From contig OZ024741.1 in the NCBI GenBank assembly GCA_964016885.1, positions 310,062,001-310,126,000 of the forward strand: a DNA stretch of 64,000 nucleotides. Direction: 5' to 3'. Below, piece after piece: positions 11,030 through 25,754 of this stretch; position 1 is the stretch's first letter; every line of letters starts with the position of its first letter. The position numbers and the translations under genes are program-made. Below the pieces are notes generated by a model. The model saw only the letters and a list, made by a program, of their open reading frames with translations. It did no database searches and was not told where the DNA came from. The stretch comes from Eledone cirrhosa. Its lineage: Eukaryota.

Positions 11030-14000
11030 ATGGAGGGGTAAAGAGGGTCCTTGAGTCTAGTAAGACATCCTCTCTAGTGCTGGTGGCACAAATAAAAGCA
11101 CCCAGTCCATGCTATAAAGTGGCGCTGATGTTAGGAAGGGCATCCAACCAGTGTATCAATGCCAAAACAAGTATATAGGAACAACAAAATATGAAGACGT
11201 CGCATCTCAGAGTTGCAACACTTAATGTTGGCACTCTCAGAGGTAGATCTGCTGAAATAGCAGAGATGCTGGAGAGAAGGCATCTGGATGTGTGCTGCGT
11301 GCAAGAGGTGATATGGAGAGGTGCCTCTGCGAGTCTAGTCGTAGGCAAACATCTAAGCTATAAGCTTTTCTGGGTAGGTAAGGATGATGGGTTAGGGGGA
11401 GTAGGTATTTTCCTGGCTGAGAGATGGATCAATAAGACAATAGAGGTAGTTTGAGTTAGTAATCGAATAATTAAGCTTAGATTAGTTGTAGGCAGGAGAC
11501 TACTGACAATCATCTCTGCCTATGCTCCCCAAGCAGGCCTAGGCAAAGATGAGAAAGACTGCTTTTACGAGCAACTTTTACAAACAACCGCAATGACAGA
11601 GGACGGAGACATCATTATGCCAGCAGGGGACTTCAATGGTCATGTTGGACAGCTCCAGGATGATTACACTGGGGTACATGGTGGGCACGGTTACGGCTCA
11701 AGAAATGAAGGAGTGAGACTTCTTGAATTTTGTGATGCAAGTACACTGACTATTTGCAACACTAACTTCCAGAAACCTGCCAACCACCTAATAACCTACA
11801 AATCTGGCGAGCACATAAGCCAGATTGATTTCTTACTAGTTAGGCAGCAGGACAGGCAGATAGTGTCTAATACCAAGGCATACCCTGGGGAAGAATGTAC
11901 CCCACACCATAGGTTAGTCGTTAGTGATATCTCAGTAAGCAAGAGATGGAATGAGGTGTGGAGAAGAAAGGTCTGGAAGCTAAAAGACCTTTCACTAAAT
12001 TACAAATTTAGGAAAGCCCTCCTAGATGTGTATGACGAAAAAGACGATTTAGAGACGTATAACATAGATAATAACTGGAATTTCTTACGTGACAACTTAC
12101 TGCAGGCTACTGAAGAAACTTGTGGTTGGAGCAGAGCTCCAACCAGACAGAGAGTGACCTGGTGGTGGAACAGCACAGTAGATAAGGCCATTAGAGACAA
12201 AAGACTAGCATGGAAGGCTTGGAAAAAGGGTGGGAGTAGAGAAGGATATACAGCCGCTAAGAGAGAAGCTAGACGTCAGGTGTACTTAGCATGCAGGGAG
12301 GCTGAGAGTAGGAGGTTTGCCAATGTTCTGTGACGGGAAGATCAGAGGCGTGCGGAGTTCCACATTGCAAGGCAGTGTGTCATTGCAAATCAGGATGTTG
12401 TTGGAGATGAATGTGTCCGGAATGATGCCGGTGTACTTAGTGTCATAAATGATCAGAAAAAGGAAGCCTGGAAATGTCATTATGAGAGACTGATGAATGT
12501 GGAGAACGAATGGGAGCAAGAGAAATTACCCTCAGTAGATCCGACAGAGGGACCAGCTATTGAGATTGACGAATATAGGGTCCAAGAGGCGATTAAGGAA
12601 ATGAAAAATGGTATGGTTGCTGGACCATCGGGGATAGTTGCTGAGATGCTGAAGGCACCAGGAGACATAGGCACTAAACTGGTTGCACGCATCATCAATC
12701 AGGCTATATATGGTGGTGTCATACCCAAAGACTGGTGCAGCAGCATTCTCATAAATTGCTACAAAGGTAAAGGGGATGCTTTGGAGAGGAGCAATTATAG
12801 GGGTATAAAACTGATGGATCAGGTTATGAAAGTGGCAGAAAGGATATTAGCACAACTAATTAGAGAAAGGGTCAAACTAGTTTGGTTTTGTGTCTGGGAA
12901 GAGTACAACAGATGCCCTCTACTTGGTGAGACAATTGCAAGAGAGGTTCTTAGAGAAAAATAAGCCACTATACTTAGCCTTTGTTGACCTAGAGAAGGCC
13001 TTTGATAGGGTACCCCGATCTGTCATCTGGTGGTCCCTAAGGAAACTAGGTGTTGAGGAATGGCTTGGGAGGACAGTGCAAACTTTGTACAGAGGTACTG
13101 TCATTAAAGTCAGGGTAGGAATGGAGTTTAGTGAGGAATTCCAGATACAAGTAGGAGTACATCAAGGTTCGGTCCTCAGCCCGCTCTTGTTCATTACAGT
13201 CCTCCAAGGCATAACGGAGGAGTTTAAGACTGGCTGTCCATGGGAACTTCTCTATGCTGACGATCTGGTTCTTATAGCAGAATCAGTAGAGGAGCTAGAG
13301 AATAAATTCTGGCTATGGAAACAGCAGTTGGAAGCAAGAGGACTGAGAGTGAACCTAGCTAAGACAAAAGTGTTGATGAGTAGTAAAGTGGACAAAACTC
13401 TTGATTCCGTCAGGGAAATGGCCATGTTCGATATGCAGAAAAGGAACTGGCATAAATTCTATAAAATGCACACAATGCAGATCCTGGGTACACAAGAGAT
13501 GTAGTGGGATAGCAGGCAAACTCACAGGTAGGGAGAAATACGTATGCAGTAGATGTACAGGGAAATTAAACAGTAGAAGTTGCATTGATAGACACATTTT
13601 TCAAATGCAGGCAGGTGCTATAGAAGTGGTGGATAGCTTCCGGTACCTAGGAGATCAGATTAGCATGGGAGGGGGCTCTTCCGAGGCCATAGTATCTAGA
13701 ATAAGGACGGGTTGGATGAAGTTTAGGGAGCTGCTTCCTCTGCTGACGAAGAAGGGTTTCTCCCTGCGTATGAAAGGCCGGTTATATGATGCCTGTGTGA
13801 GGAGCGTGATGCTGCATGGTAGTGAGACATGGGCAGCAACTGCAGAGGATATGCAACGGCTGGAGAGAAATGAGACAAGCATGCTCCGTTGGATGTGCAA
13901 TGTCAATGTGCATGAACGACCCAGCATGAATGTGTTGAGAGAGAAACTGTATTTGAGAGGGATAGAATGTAGTGTGCGAGAGAGGAGACTGAGGTGGTAT

Positions 14001-14244
14001 GGACATGTGATGCGCCTGGAGGATGACTGATGGGTGAAGAAGTGCCAGGAAATGCCAGTTGAAGGAAGACGTGGTAGAGGTAGACCACAAAAAACATGGG
14101 CGGAGGTGGTGAGAACAGACCTCAGATCGCTGAAGCTCACGGTGGAGATGACGAAGGACGTGACAAGTGGAGAGATGCTGTGCTGAATAAGACCCGTCCC
14201 ACCCTTGCAAACAGGGAAAGCGGACGTAAAATGATGATGATGAT
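11030..14244 (+). mobile_element. RTE LINE family B, near full length, pseudogenised
   Basis: APE endonuclease motifs (TLNVGTL, CVQE, AYAPQ, GDFNGHVG, QIDF), RT with YADD, PHD-type finger; several stops and frameshifts; (GAT)n tail. Confidence 0.93.
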
Positions 14245-17200
14245 ATATATACTCATCATTATCATCTTTTTTATGTTGACTTTTCAATGTTAGGGACTTT
14301 TTTACAGCTGGGTGCCCTTCCCGACACTAACCTTTTTAGTCACTTTTTAGGACATGCAGAAATACAGTGTACCTATTCTAAATCAGATATTTCATGCATA
14401 TATGTGGTTCTCTAATCTGCTTATTCTCCAACCCCTGCCATTATGCAAAATGGTCGTAAAATGATCTGTGTGTGTTCCATGTTCATATTTACATAATATA
14501 TATAGAGATTTAGGCCTGGAGAGGGATGGGGCCACGGCTTAAAATGCCCAAGAAACGCTGTATATCAATATGGCGCCCCTATGACTAAATCACGAGTTAC
14601 AGGACCATACATATATAGGTTTACATATATAGGTTTACATATAGAGATAACATCTGATGTGAACCATACATTTCTGTAATTCAAAATGTGTTAGTTATGT
14701 CAGTGATGTACAACCCTTTTCATAAGGTATTCTGCAGAATTTATGAATCACCAAATATAAATTTACTTTTAATTGCACTATGTCATGCATTAGGACATAA
14801 ATCCTGATGTGGACCACCTAATCCTTGGTATAGACCACTGGAGTCCACTTTATGTTTCACTGATTTTGTTGGGAAAAATCCATAAATCATTCAGTTATCT
14901 AATCTTATTATTGGAACCATAAACTGAAGGAGTATCATGTACTTAATTTCTGAAACTCCCTGTCTGTTATTATATCAAAACAATTGGCTTGTGTTTTCTA
15001 GCTGTTGTTGTTTTGAGGTTTGCAGTCAGATCTTCTAAAAGTAAATTAATGGCTTGGAATTGATAGATGATTGAAGGCTAAGCATCAATTCACAGGTTTG
15101 ACATAGATTTAGATATATTGAGTATGTCAGTTTGCATTGAACTCTATGATTTGGTGCTCATAGATGTAGTTATGCTAACATTACTATGGAGCATGTTGTT
15201 GGAACAGGTTTTGAATGAGGCTTTTGTTTGTAGTGCACAGAATTCCTAAAGGGTTTCTCTTTAAATAGAAATCTTTCAACATAACTTGATATAAGAATAT
15301 TTTATTAAGTTGTTACAAATACTATTGTAATAATGAATTTTAGTAAATCCCTTCAAATTCTTCATAAATTCAAATACTGTAATTCATATAAATATGGTAA
15401 TGAAGGGTTAAAGAAGGAATACTTCAGTATACATCTTATCATGTGTATCTGGTTTTGAATAAGTACATCATATCTTTTCATGTCGTAAGAAGCAATTAAG
15501 AGTTAATGCCAGGAAGGGCATCTGACCATGAAACTGCTTGGAAAAGGATTTCATGATTAGTATTATTATTTTTGTGTAATTGTCATGAAGCCCTTTCTCT
15601 TATGTTTGTTTAAATCGTTAACTTCAACATCTGAAGTAGAACATAGTCCAGTAGTGAAATATTTAACAACACTGAAAGTAAAATTTGGGCTGGACTAGGT
15701 TTGACTATGTGCTATTTCCGATGTTGAATTTGATGATTTAAACAAGGTTAAGATAGATATTTGTTTTATATTTCATAAAAGAGTTAATCATAGGTATGGC
15801 TGTGTGGTTAAGATGTTCAGTTTGCAGCTACATGGTTTCAGTTTCAGTCCCACTGTATGGTACCATGGGAAATATCTTTTACTGTAACTTCTAGCTGACC
15901 AGTGCCCTGTGAGTAAAGTGTGCTCGGTGGAAATTGATGAAAGCACATGTGTGCGCACACATACACACACATACTTATACACTAATCGTTTTAAGGCCAT
16001 TTTCCAAGCTAAAGCAGAAGTTAGGCATGCAGGCCCCACAACAAGCTTCATAATCTTTATGGGGATCTTTTTGAGGCAATGTTTTATGGCTAGTTGTTCT
16101 TGGTGCTGCCCTTTTAGTCGTTTTTTACAACATGCAAGAATATGGTGTACATAATCTAAACCTAATGTGCACAGCATGGATGTGTGTATATACAAGAGTG
16201 CATGTGTGTTTGTCCAAGCATTAATACTGACATCAAGTTAGCCAGTGATGTTTATGTCCTATTGATCAGTGGTTGGATATGTGATGCTTAGTGGAATATA
16301 GTACCTTAAATTAAAAACAAGGGTTGGCATCAGGAAGGACATCTGGTTATAGAATACTGCCTTAAGGTTTGTCCAACCCATGCCAGCATAGAAATAGTGG
16401 ATATAAAAAAGGAAAACAATCATATTGTCCATTGATTGATAAGGCATTTTATTGAATTCAATTAAATTGATTGTAATTGAAATAACATTAAAAATGTCAA
16501 TATGATGGGGGGTAGATGATAGAATTGGTAGAACATTCAACAAAATACTTTGTAGTGTTTGTTTACATCCCTTTATGTTCTGAGTTCAAACCCTGCCCAG
16601 TTCCACATTGACTTTAACTCTTTCTCTGCAGATAATATAAGTACCTGTCAATAAAACAAGTCTGGAGGTTGATGTAATTGATTGTACTTTAGCAGGTGGT
16701 GTCCCAACATAGCCACAGTCCAATGACTAAAAGTGATGGAGCCTCTTAGGGATAGCTGCCAAATCTTCCCTCAAACTACACCTTACTGTCTTAAAAAAGT
16801 GAATGACACATTAGGTAATATAGTTGTAGATACTCTTAAAAAAGGGGTAAAGCATTTTTGATGACAGTGCTCCTTGTTGAAGGTTGACGTAAGGCCCCCA
16901 AAATAGCATAGTAAAATTGATTCTTAGTTATTATAACTTTAGTTTCTGGCAACTCTAACTATATTCTGTTACTAGTTTCAGCCGTTAGGCAGAGGCCATG
17001 CTGGAACATTGTAAATGTTTATTTTGTAAGTTTACCTCCAAATTATACTACTGTTAGTTTTTAGACTTTATAACTTTTAGTCGCCACTTTTAAAATTGGA
17101 TTCTTTTGGTTTAAAAATCTTTCTCGTTTGTAAACACTCAAAGGTCAACAGTTAGAGGAATTATCAAGTATTTGTTTGTGCGTTAAACAAATTAGTTATG

Positions 17201-19128
17201 TTTTATTTTGAGGTTGCTGATTTTGGCAGAATTATTAAATTGAAATACATTGTGAAAAGACATTTTGTGGTAATACCATCATTATATTGGTTTTTCCATG
17301 CTGGTATGGGTTTCATGAGACTTTTTGAGGCAGTGTTTTATGACCAGATGCTTTTCCTGATAGCAACCTTATCTCTTACTATACACAGGTATATGGCATG
17401 TCTATTCTAAAGCCAGGATGCATTGAGTAAACTGGAATATCTGGGATACAAATGGTATTTACATTTATATCTGTGTAAAAATTTGAGCAAATCAATCCTT
17501 CTGCTCCTCTTAACCAAAGAGCCACATATGCTCATGATTGCATGTTAGATAAGTATGTATGTATTGAAAAATATTTCCTTGTCATCATTTTATTCTGTAA
17601 TTTTTTTAGCTGAATACACATTCCCTTTTCATTAGTTATTTGTTTTGGTAAAGATTGTAAATTGATTTTTTTTTTTTGTGTCTTGTAACTGTCATTTCTA
17701 AACATCTAACATTAATTCACCAAGAAATTAGATGCCTATAGATTTATCCAGTTAGTTGGTATGCTTCACTGATTATTATAGTGTCATAAAACTACTGAAA
17801 CTAAGGACAGATCTTTTTTCACTAAGCAAAGATAAAAAAAAAAAATCCAGCAAAATTGTAGCTTCAAATTTTGTTAGCTGTCTAATTTGGCTGTAGGTAA
17901 GTTGTAGGTGAGAGGGTTTTGTAGTTAGGTTGGTTGTTGTAGGAAGGTAAGTTAGTGCTAACATTTTTAATGCACATGAGAATTAAAAAGCTAACTAGAA
18001 ATAGTAGTTGGGGGAAAAACGGCAATATTAGTGTATGTTTAATATTATTTTCATTTTTTGCTGTCAAGTATTAAACAACTCCAGGCATATTTTAGTTTTA
18101 TTCTGACCTCCTTAGTAAAGCGTAACCTCCCTATCCTTGTGGAAATAGTGATGAATGAATTACTAAGTAAATATAATTGGAATTGTTTAGAAATTATATG
18201 ATTGGACAAATTGTGATTTATATAAAAAGCCAACTCAATTTACATCATAAACAGTTTCTTTTAGATGTTGGTGTGTATAATAGACAATCGTGTAAAATAC
18301 TAACTACATATGTAAAGAATATTGTTGTTTTCATCTGCTAATTTTGGGTTATAATTGGGTCAAATATTTATTCTAATGCTGTCACAGAATCTGGCTGGAT
18401 ATACATCAAATGTAGCAGTATTTATTTTAAACGGCTTGTTCTTCTCAAAGATTCAACACAAAATTCTTTTTATTTAGCTATTATTTACAGTTAGAATATT
18501 AATAGTGAGTTGTTTTATAGAGAAAAACCTTCACCATGTCACACACATTGGAACTCTGTAGTAACTTCTAGAGCCTTCCATTTCTTTTCTTTGCTACTAT
18601 ATTTCTTGTATGTTTGAGAGTTTGGCAGATTTTTCTTTTCGTTGGTTGTATGAATCTGTCATCATTCATTTCACGTCCACCTTTCTATGCAAGCATGAGT
18701 TGGATGCGTTAATACAGATCAAGTCAGTACTTAATTGGAACTACTGATCTAGGTGGGTGGGGGTGAATGAAGAAGGTTCTAAGGGAGCATGCCTTGCTTA
18801 CATACATTCCAATTTTTATAGTGGGATGCCATTCTTGATGCTAACCACTTTAAACAGTGTATTGGGTATATTTTATTGTGACACCAACATTAGGGAGATT
18901 GTCATATCCTTGACATGACTAAAGAGTTTTCTATTTATACAAAATCAGTGTGTGTGTGTGTGTGTGTGCATGTGTGATGATTATTGCTAAAAACTATATA
19001 CTTAAAAAGGTATTTATGTAATTTTTATTTTTCTCTTTTTTAATAATTCCAGATGTGATTAATTTTTTCAGTTTGTAGCAACTAAAGTTGATTTATTAAT
19101 TATTAATTAAATGTTTTTTTTTTTCTAG

Positions 19129-19188
19129 GCTGACCATGATTTGAATGAATTAAAAATGTTGATTGAAGATAGCTGTCAGACAACTTTG
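19129..19188 (+). CDS. WDR26: WDR26-like exon (CTLH region) ADHDLNELKMLIEDSCQTTL
   Basis: Polypyrimidine-TAG acceptor, GT donor, 60 nt phase 0/0; resembles recalled WDR26 AENDLNELKPLV. Confidence 0.8.
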
Positions 19189-19619
19189 GTAATGTTCAGA
19201 GGAAAAACATTTCTTTTTTTTCTTTTATTCTTTTGTTCTTTGATTAACATGATGGTTGGCATTCTTTAAATTCTAAGGACCAATATCCTAAATGCTGGTA
19301 ATCCATTTCATCAGCTTGGTATGGGCTGGTTGCATAAACCTGATATGGTTTTTAACTAAGCCAGCTTAACGAATCACTCACTATCTTTGTTACAATCTAA
19401 CATGTCTCTTTCTTGCTGTTCCCTGTCCCCACTTTCTCTAGACATATTACCATTTTGGCCTATTCTATTCCATACGGAAACTGTCTGTAAAGTATTTTAA
19501 TTTTAATACTTGTTGTTTGCCTCCAAGATAGTCCTAATTCAGTTGACATTTCAGTCATGACCAGCTAAGCGTTTTGTATATAGTATAAATAAGAATTCCA
19601 CTATTCAGTGTTTTTACTT

Positions 19620-19690
19620 TAAGATGGTGGTGTGATTTGTGGAAGATTTGACTGCTATTTCTAGTTAGTTGAGCAACAACATAAATGCTT
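19620..19690 (+). repeat. Dispersed short repeat family (other copies at about 21760-21840, 58580-58655 and 60865-60935 on +; 16740-16800 and 24635-24710 on -)
   Basis: Shared AAGATGG..GTGTGATTT..GAGATTT.GCTGCTATTTCTAG.AGGTTGAGCAACCACAT motif. Confidence 0.6.
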
Positions 19691-19804
19691 CACTATCAGG
19701 CTTCGTTTTCTCCATCTTTCATTGAAACTACCAACCCATTCCCTCATCAATCAGACTGTCCTTTAGTCATATACATGTGTGTATGTGTAATATTTTTTAT
19801 GGAA

Positions 19805-20378
19805 TTAATGTGGATGTGCAATTATATTAGTAGTAGTATACATGAAAAGCAAAGCATCAATGAGCTGAGAGAAAAACTTTGCATAAGAGGGATCAGATAT
19901 AGTGTGGAAGAGAGGTAACTGCATTGGTATGGACATATGATGCATAAGGAAGATGACAACTGCATAAAGAAATACAGAGTGCTAAAATGTGATGGAACTT
20001 CTGGACGATGAAGACTTAGAAAACTTGGGACTATGTTGTGAATGCTGATCTCATGCAGCTGAACCTCATGAAAGAAATGATCTAGGCTCAAGATGACAGG
20101 TGACATGCTATACTGCAGAATACTCACCTTCCCATGCAATCGGGGTGAAGTGAACACAGATGATGTTCCTTATTTGCCAGTATGGTCTTGATTCCCCTCT
20201 TCCCCACCTTCCTCAATAAACACAAAGAAGCAGAGGTGGAGCATTCTAAGACCCTGCTTGCCAGTGTTTTCTTGATTTCCCACTCTGATCCCCTGTGTGT
20301 GAGAGCAAGATGTGGTTACTTGACCTATCTAGCCTCAATGTGGAAAATAGATGTTAAACTGTGACAATGATGATGATG
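19805..20378 (+). mobile_element. Old, degraded RTE 3' fragment
   Basis: Remnant WMCN..IHEKQSINELREKLCIRGIR..WYGHM; decayed terminal hairpin and (GAT)n tail. Confidence 0.75.
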
Positions 20379-20968
20379 TACAGCTAATGTGTTAGAAACT
20401 ACTGGTCCAGGTAAATTTATTACCTGGGTATTTGTTGTAGTCATCTGTATGAAGGTTCATATGATATTTATGCTATTTGTTTGTAGTCCATTCTAAATCA
20501 AATAATGAATTGCCACTCTGAAACAAAGAATTTATTTCATGTATCATTGTGTGTGACTCATGTTGCCATCATGCAAATGTGCCTTCAATAAATTCCTTAG
20601 TGGTAAGGTATGTTGGACTTCTGATCATAATGTTGTGGGTTTGATTCTTGGGCTGGGTTGTGTATTGTGTCATTTTATATTGCTCCTGTATACTCAACTG
20701 AAAATGAGTATACAGTATGGCGTCCTGTCCAGCGGGGAGTCGTGTACTGTCAGTTCACGCCACAAAATCAAGATAAATACTAGTCTGACAAGCCTCCTGG
20801 CCTGAGACAGACTTTAGATATATACACACACATGCATCATATATCAGCCAAAAAAGTGGTTTAACTCGCCTTCTAACCACTATTTTTTTATAGTATTCTT
20901 TTGATAGAAATATTTTTTAAAAAGAAGTTTTGATGTCATTTGTTAACGAAGTATTCATTTTATTTCAG

Positions 20969-21105
20969 AAGATGAAATTTCTTATTCTTGAACAGAAGTA
21001 TCTTGAGTTCTTAGAAGAAGGCAAGAACTTGGATGCATTACAGTGTTTACGGCATGAATTAACGCCGTTAAAATTTAATACTGAACGAGTGCATGAACTT
21101 AGTAC
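20969..21105 (+). CDS. WDR26: WDR26-like exon [45 protein letters not shown]
   Basis: TTTCAG acceptor, GTAAGT donor, 137 nt phase 0/2; matches recalled WDR26 MKFLLLQQKYLEYLEDGK. Confidence 0.93.
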
Positions 21106-21952
21106 GTAAGTAAACAGTTGGCTTTTATGTATTTTTTTTTTATGTTTGCTTCAGGTAGTGAATATTTTTGTTTGCAGACATTTATTTCAATATATGAATG
21201 TCGCGTGCACTTGGAAAAAGCAAAGGCAAAAGCTACAGCTGGGCACCAGTGATGTCACAGGTGAAGTCAGAATGCAGAGGACTGACAGTTGGTGCAAGAC
21301 AAACCATCTGATGTGCTAACAATTCCACCAATCAACCATCTTAGACTGACTCTTTGTTTATTGACCCTGAAAGAATGAAAGGAAAAGTCGACTTTGACAG
21401 GATTTACCACTAGGCATTTAATCTTATGATGATAATGATAACTGCTCAACTGATCAACATAGCCAAGATACTTAACTCTGCATAGATCTAGATATATACT
21501 AATGAGAATGTAACATTCACTGCTGTATTTAGTAGGAGTACTATACTATTAAGAGTTACTCTAGTCAGTTCTTTCATGAGAATCTTTCTGTTGTTTCATC
21601 AACAAGACTACCATGTCTCATTTACAACTTGATCTGTTTAGTGCCAGGCTAGCCCTGGACCGATGGACTTATGATCAAAAGTGTTTTCACTATGTGATTG
21701 TCTATTTTTTCCCCAGAAATTATCTATGGTTACATTTTCCTATGAATCCTTCCTATTTTTAAAGATGGTTGGGTATGATTTAAGAGACGGTTGTTACTCT
21801 ATCTGGTAGGTTTAGAGACCATGTAAAACCTCTTCTCTCATTGCCAGTCTCTATATCAAAGCTGGCTATGTTTATCATGATACCAGCAGTAGAGATGTTT
21901 GCTTTAAGACAGAGGATCCTTCTCCATATGTTTTTATTTTACATGGTTTTTT

Positions 21953-23114
21953 CATAGCTGAATCTATAGTAGAACTAGAGAATAAATTCCAAACTTGGAA
22001 GCAGGGACTAGAAAGAAAGGGTCTCAAAGTCAACATGACAAAGACTAAGACCCTTGTAAGTAGACGAGAAAACAGAACCCAGATCCCCTCAGGGAAATGG
22101 CCTTGCTCAGTATGTAGGAAAGGTGTAGGTAGGAACTCCATTCTCTGCCCCAAATGCAAACAATGGGTACACAAGAGATGTAGCGGGATCTCAGGAAGCT
22201 TAATTAAGAATGTAGGCTTCACATGCAGCAGCTGTGCTGAGACAGCAAGCAGCAAACAGCCACAGGAAACAAGTACCACCAATCTCTGGGAGGGCTCTGT
22301 AGAAACAGTAGACAGCTTCTGCTACCTAGGTGACCGAATTAGCAGCGGAGGTGGGTGTTCAGAAAGTACAATAACTAGGGTAAGAACGGGATGGAAGAAG
22401 TTTAGGGAACTACTACCACTGCTAGCTGCAAAAGGCTTCTCCCTCAGAATGAAAGGCAGACTGTATGATGCGTGTATCCGAACAGCAATGTTGCATGGTA
22501 GTGAGACCTGGGCGCTGAAGGTGGAAGACTTACGTAGATTAGAGAGAAACGAAGCCTGCATGCTCCGATGGATGTGTAACAGTAATATACGTGAACGACA
22601 AAGCATAAATGAATTGAGAGACTGAGCATAAGAGGAATCAAATGCTGTGTGCAGGAGAAGTTGATGGAAACCGCGGAGTGGGGAGACCCAAGATGACCTG
22701 GGATGAGGTGATAAAAGCCGACCTTACCCAATTACACCTCTCAAAGGCAATGACACGCGACCGTGACTTCTGGCGTCACGCAGTAATACAGAGTACCCGA
22801 CCTCCCATGGGTACAAGCTGAAGCATATAGACAATGTGCCCCCACACTCCCCACTGCAAGGTGGTCGTGGAGGTGCCATGACAAAAAAGCACCCAGCCCA
22901 CACTGTAAAGTGGACGTGTAGGCGCCACGAAAAAGCACCCAGCACTCACTGTAAATGAGGTTGGTGTTAGGAAGGGCATCCAGCTGTAGAAATCAAGCCA
23001 GATCAGTTCCTGTATGAGCAAGGCATGGTCAGCCGACCAGACACTGCCCACAACAGGACAACCCGTCTAACCCATGCTAGCGTGGAAGAACGGACGTAAA
23101 ACGGTGATGATGAT
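21953..23114 (+). mobile_element. RTE LINE family C, 5'-truncated with internal deletions
   Basis: Near-identical to 43140-44322; ORF 22035-22625; (GAT)n tail. Confidence 0.92.
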
Positions 23115-23364
23115 GGTTCCTTTGAGGTGGGTTTGGTTTCACTGTGTTATAACTTATTACATCTCTGCTAAAAAGACATGTATACATTCATAACTGCATA
23201 CATAAATATATATGTAATAATTTTCTCAGTTATATAAGTGTTGTGTGGTGTGTATGTATATGAAGTATATGGTGTGTAAGGATCATTCCCTCTACCCAGC
23301 TCTATGATGTATAATATATATTTTCTTGATCAAGTACATATGTAATTTTTATTTTGTTGCCCAG

Positions 23365-23462
23365 ATATATGATGTGTAATAATCCACAAGATTTAAGAGA
23401 AACATCCGATTGGGAAGGAAAAGGAATTGTTTCCCGGCAAAAACTTATCGAAAAATTACAAT
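23365..23462 (+). CDS. WDR26: WDR26-like exon YMMCNNPQDLRETSDWEGKGIVSRQKLIEKLQ
   Basis: CAG acceptor, GTAAGT donor, 98 nt phase 2/1; WEGKG..SR.KL..KLQ motif. Confidence 0.93.
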
Positions 23463-23748
23463 GTAAGTAGTAATTTTTAAAAATATTAAAAAGAGAAGAA
23501 AAAAAATGTTAGAAACAATTTTTCACTTATGCAATATTGCCTTCAAATCTTACGTAACATGAAAATAATTAAATTTGATTCCTTAAAAATTAATCTACAC
23601 TATAGGTTAAAAATTTTCAAATTACATGTTGCTAACAAGCTAGGTCATCAACTGCAGCTTGGTTGCTGATAATGTAATATAGAAAACAATACTTCAATCA
23701 TAGTTGCTAATAACTTCCTAAATTGTTTTGTTACTATCATTACCTTAA

Positions 23749-23966
23749 CCCTTTAACATTTAAACCGGCTGTATCCGTCCAGAATTCTCTCACCTTTTTC
23801 TGTTGAAACCAGCTGTAACCGGCTGCTCATACTGATGTTAAGGTATTGTTGTCAAAATAAATATCAAAATCTCATAGATTCGATATTATGTGAGATAATT
23901 ATGTAAGGTAAAGCCTTCATTGTGAAAATGTAACAATATATATAGAGTAATGTAAATGCTTAAGTG
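23749..23966. mobile_element. piggyBac-type MITE
   Basis: TTAA on both sides; imperfect TIRs CCCTTTAACATT / AATGCTTAAGTG. Confidence 0.55.
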
Positions 23967-25302
23967 TTAAATTTATATGAAATATTTTCATATAAAAATC
24001 TGGTGCATTTTATGCAAGCCACAAAATATGAGCTATACAAAAAGCTTTTTAGGTAAAGTAACATTTAAGCATTTTCTTCTAGATTATAAAAGAAAACTAA
24101 CAGACTTGGGTTGGGTTCCATGGTTTATTTAAAGGACATATTTAGTGTTTATATTTTTAATCCTTTTCTTTTCATCTTCAGTCATTTAATGCAGTAATGG
24201 ATTGCTAGATCTTCCTTTCATACTGTACCTATCTATATTCAGATCTCTGTTAACACTGTGCTTTTTGACTTATTTCTCTTTACAACTACATAAACAATAA
24301 AAATCAGAATACGTTGCCTTCTGCTCAAAACTGATGATTCTTATAGAATTTGTGTGGATAAACATTTGCCAATGTTTCAAATTTATCAATTTCAATAAAA
24401 TTTTCACCAATAAATATGTAATAAATGCAGTCTAAGATGTTCTAAAACTAATTTATGATTGGTAAATTTAAAACTTCCAAAAAAGACAGTTTTGTTTTTG
24501 AGAAAGAATAAAATAGTATATAGTTTTCAATATTTATTAAACATTTTATCCTCGAAAATATACATTAGATATTTTAGTGCTTTCCATTGTGTTTGATTGC
24601 TATTGTAAGCTTTCTGATACATTACAAATGGAGTGCCTCTACATGATCACTTGACCTGTTAGGTATAGCAACAAAATCTTCCTGAGGTCACATCCTATCA
24701 TCTTAAAAAAATATTACACATTAGATAAACTAGACTATCTATAGGTTTTAGCTAATACTATGTAATAGACAGATATCAGCATCCTGTCTGTACATACAAT
24801 ATCTTCATGGACAGAAAAAGAGGGATCACTTGGATTAATTTCAATTCTGTTAAATTATTCAGAGATGCTACTTATAAACCCACATTGGCTTAAATAAATC
24901 AATTAAACTGATTTGTATTTTATAATGCATTCATGACAGCTAGTTGAATTACTGTTGCTTTCTTTTGTTTTAAAGCAATATTATACTACAGTGTATATCT
25001 ATAGGTTTTAGAAAACAGTGTGTGTTTAGAAAGATGTAAAACACCTTGTCTGTATATATATTATGATTTGCAAAATTCTCTTCATTCATAGTCTTTCTAT
25101 AGTTGCAACATGTGTGTGTGAATAGTAAACTCACGTGGGTTACTCTTTGCAGAGATGATCAACTTCTGATCAGAGCCAAAGTGTTTTTTTTTCCATCAAG
25201 GAGGCTCAACGTTGGGATGTACTTTGAGGTTTATGTGAAATAACTAAGGGAGCTAATCGGGGGTTGTGACGACCGAGGCGTGGTTTGTAACTGTTTCTGT
25301 AA

Positions 25303-25754
25303 TCTAAACTAATAAAGTAAGGAGTGCAGGACTGCGTCCAGAATGTATTTTTTTTATCACGTTTTAAAATAAGTTGGATTACTTTGAATAAATAATGAAT
25401 ATTACATAATTTATCTACTAAATATCGTTATTCTTGATTAAATATAAATAATTTTGTTGCTTATTTTAAGATTCACTTCTTTAAAATTTTCAAATGTCAA
25501 CACTTCGATCGCTTAAATAAACATCCATATATTTCCGTCGCTAAATTTTCTCCTAATGCAGTTTATATATAATATCGTCTTTTTATAATGTATCATGAAT
25601 TACGTTACTGATTACATAAGACACTGTAACGCAGTCTTCGTTCAATTTCTGTGTATATTGTCAAATACGATTTTATTTGATGTATCATATCTAAATGTGT
25701 ATATACTTGCGTATAATATCAATATGCACACTACACGGGTGGTTTTTCTGCTAG
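25303..25754 (+). mobile_element. Putative non-autonomous Helitron-like element
   Basis: Starts TCTAAACTAATAAA after an A, ends CACGGGTGGTTTTTCTGCTAG before a T. Confidence 0.45.

Noticed and set aside
14300-19128. Upstream WDR26 exon (LisH / start of CTLH)
   Set aside because: No matching peptide with splice sites found; probably lies before the window, but a short exon could have been missed
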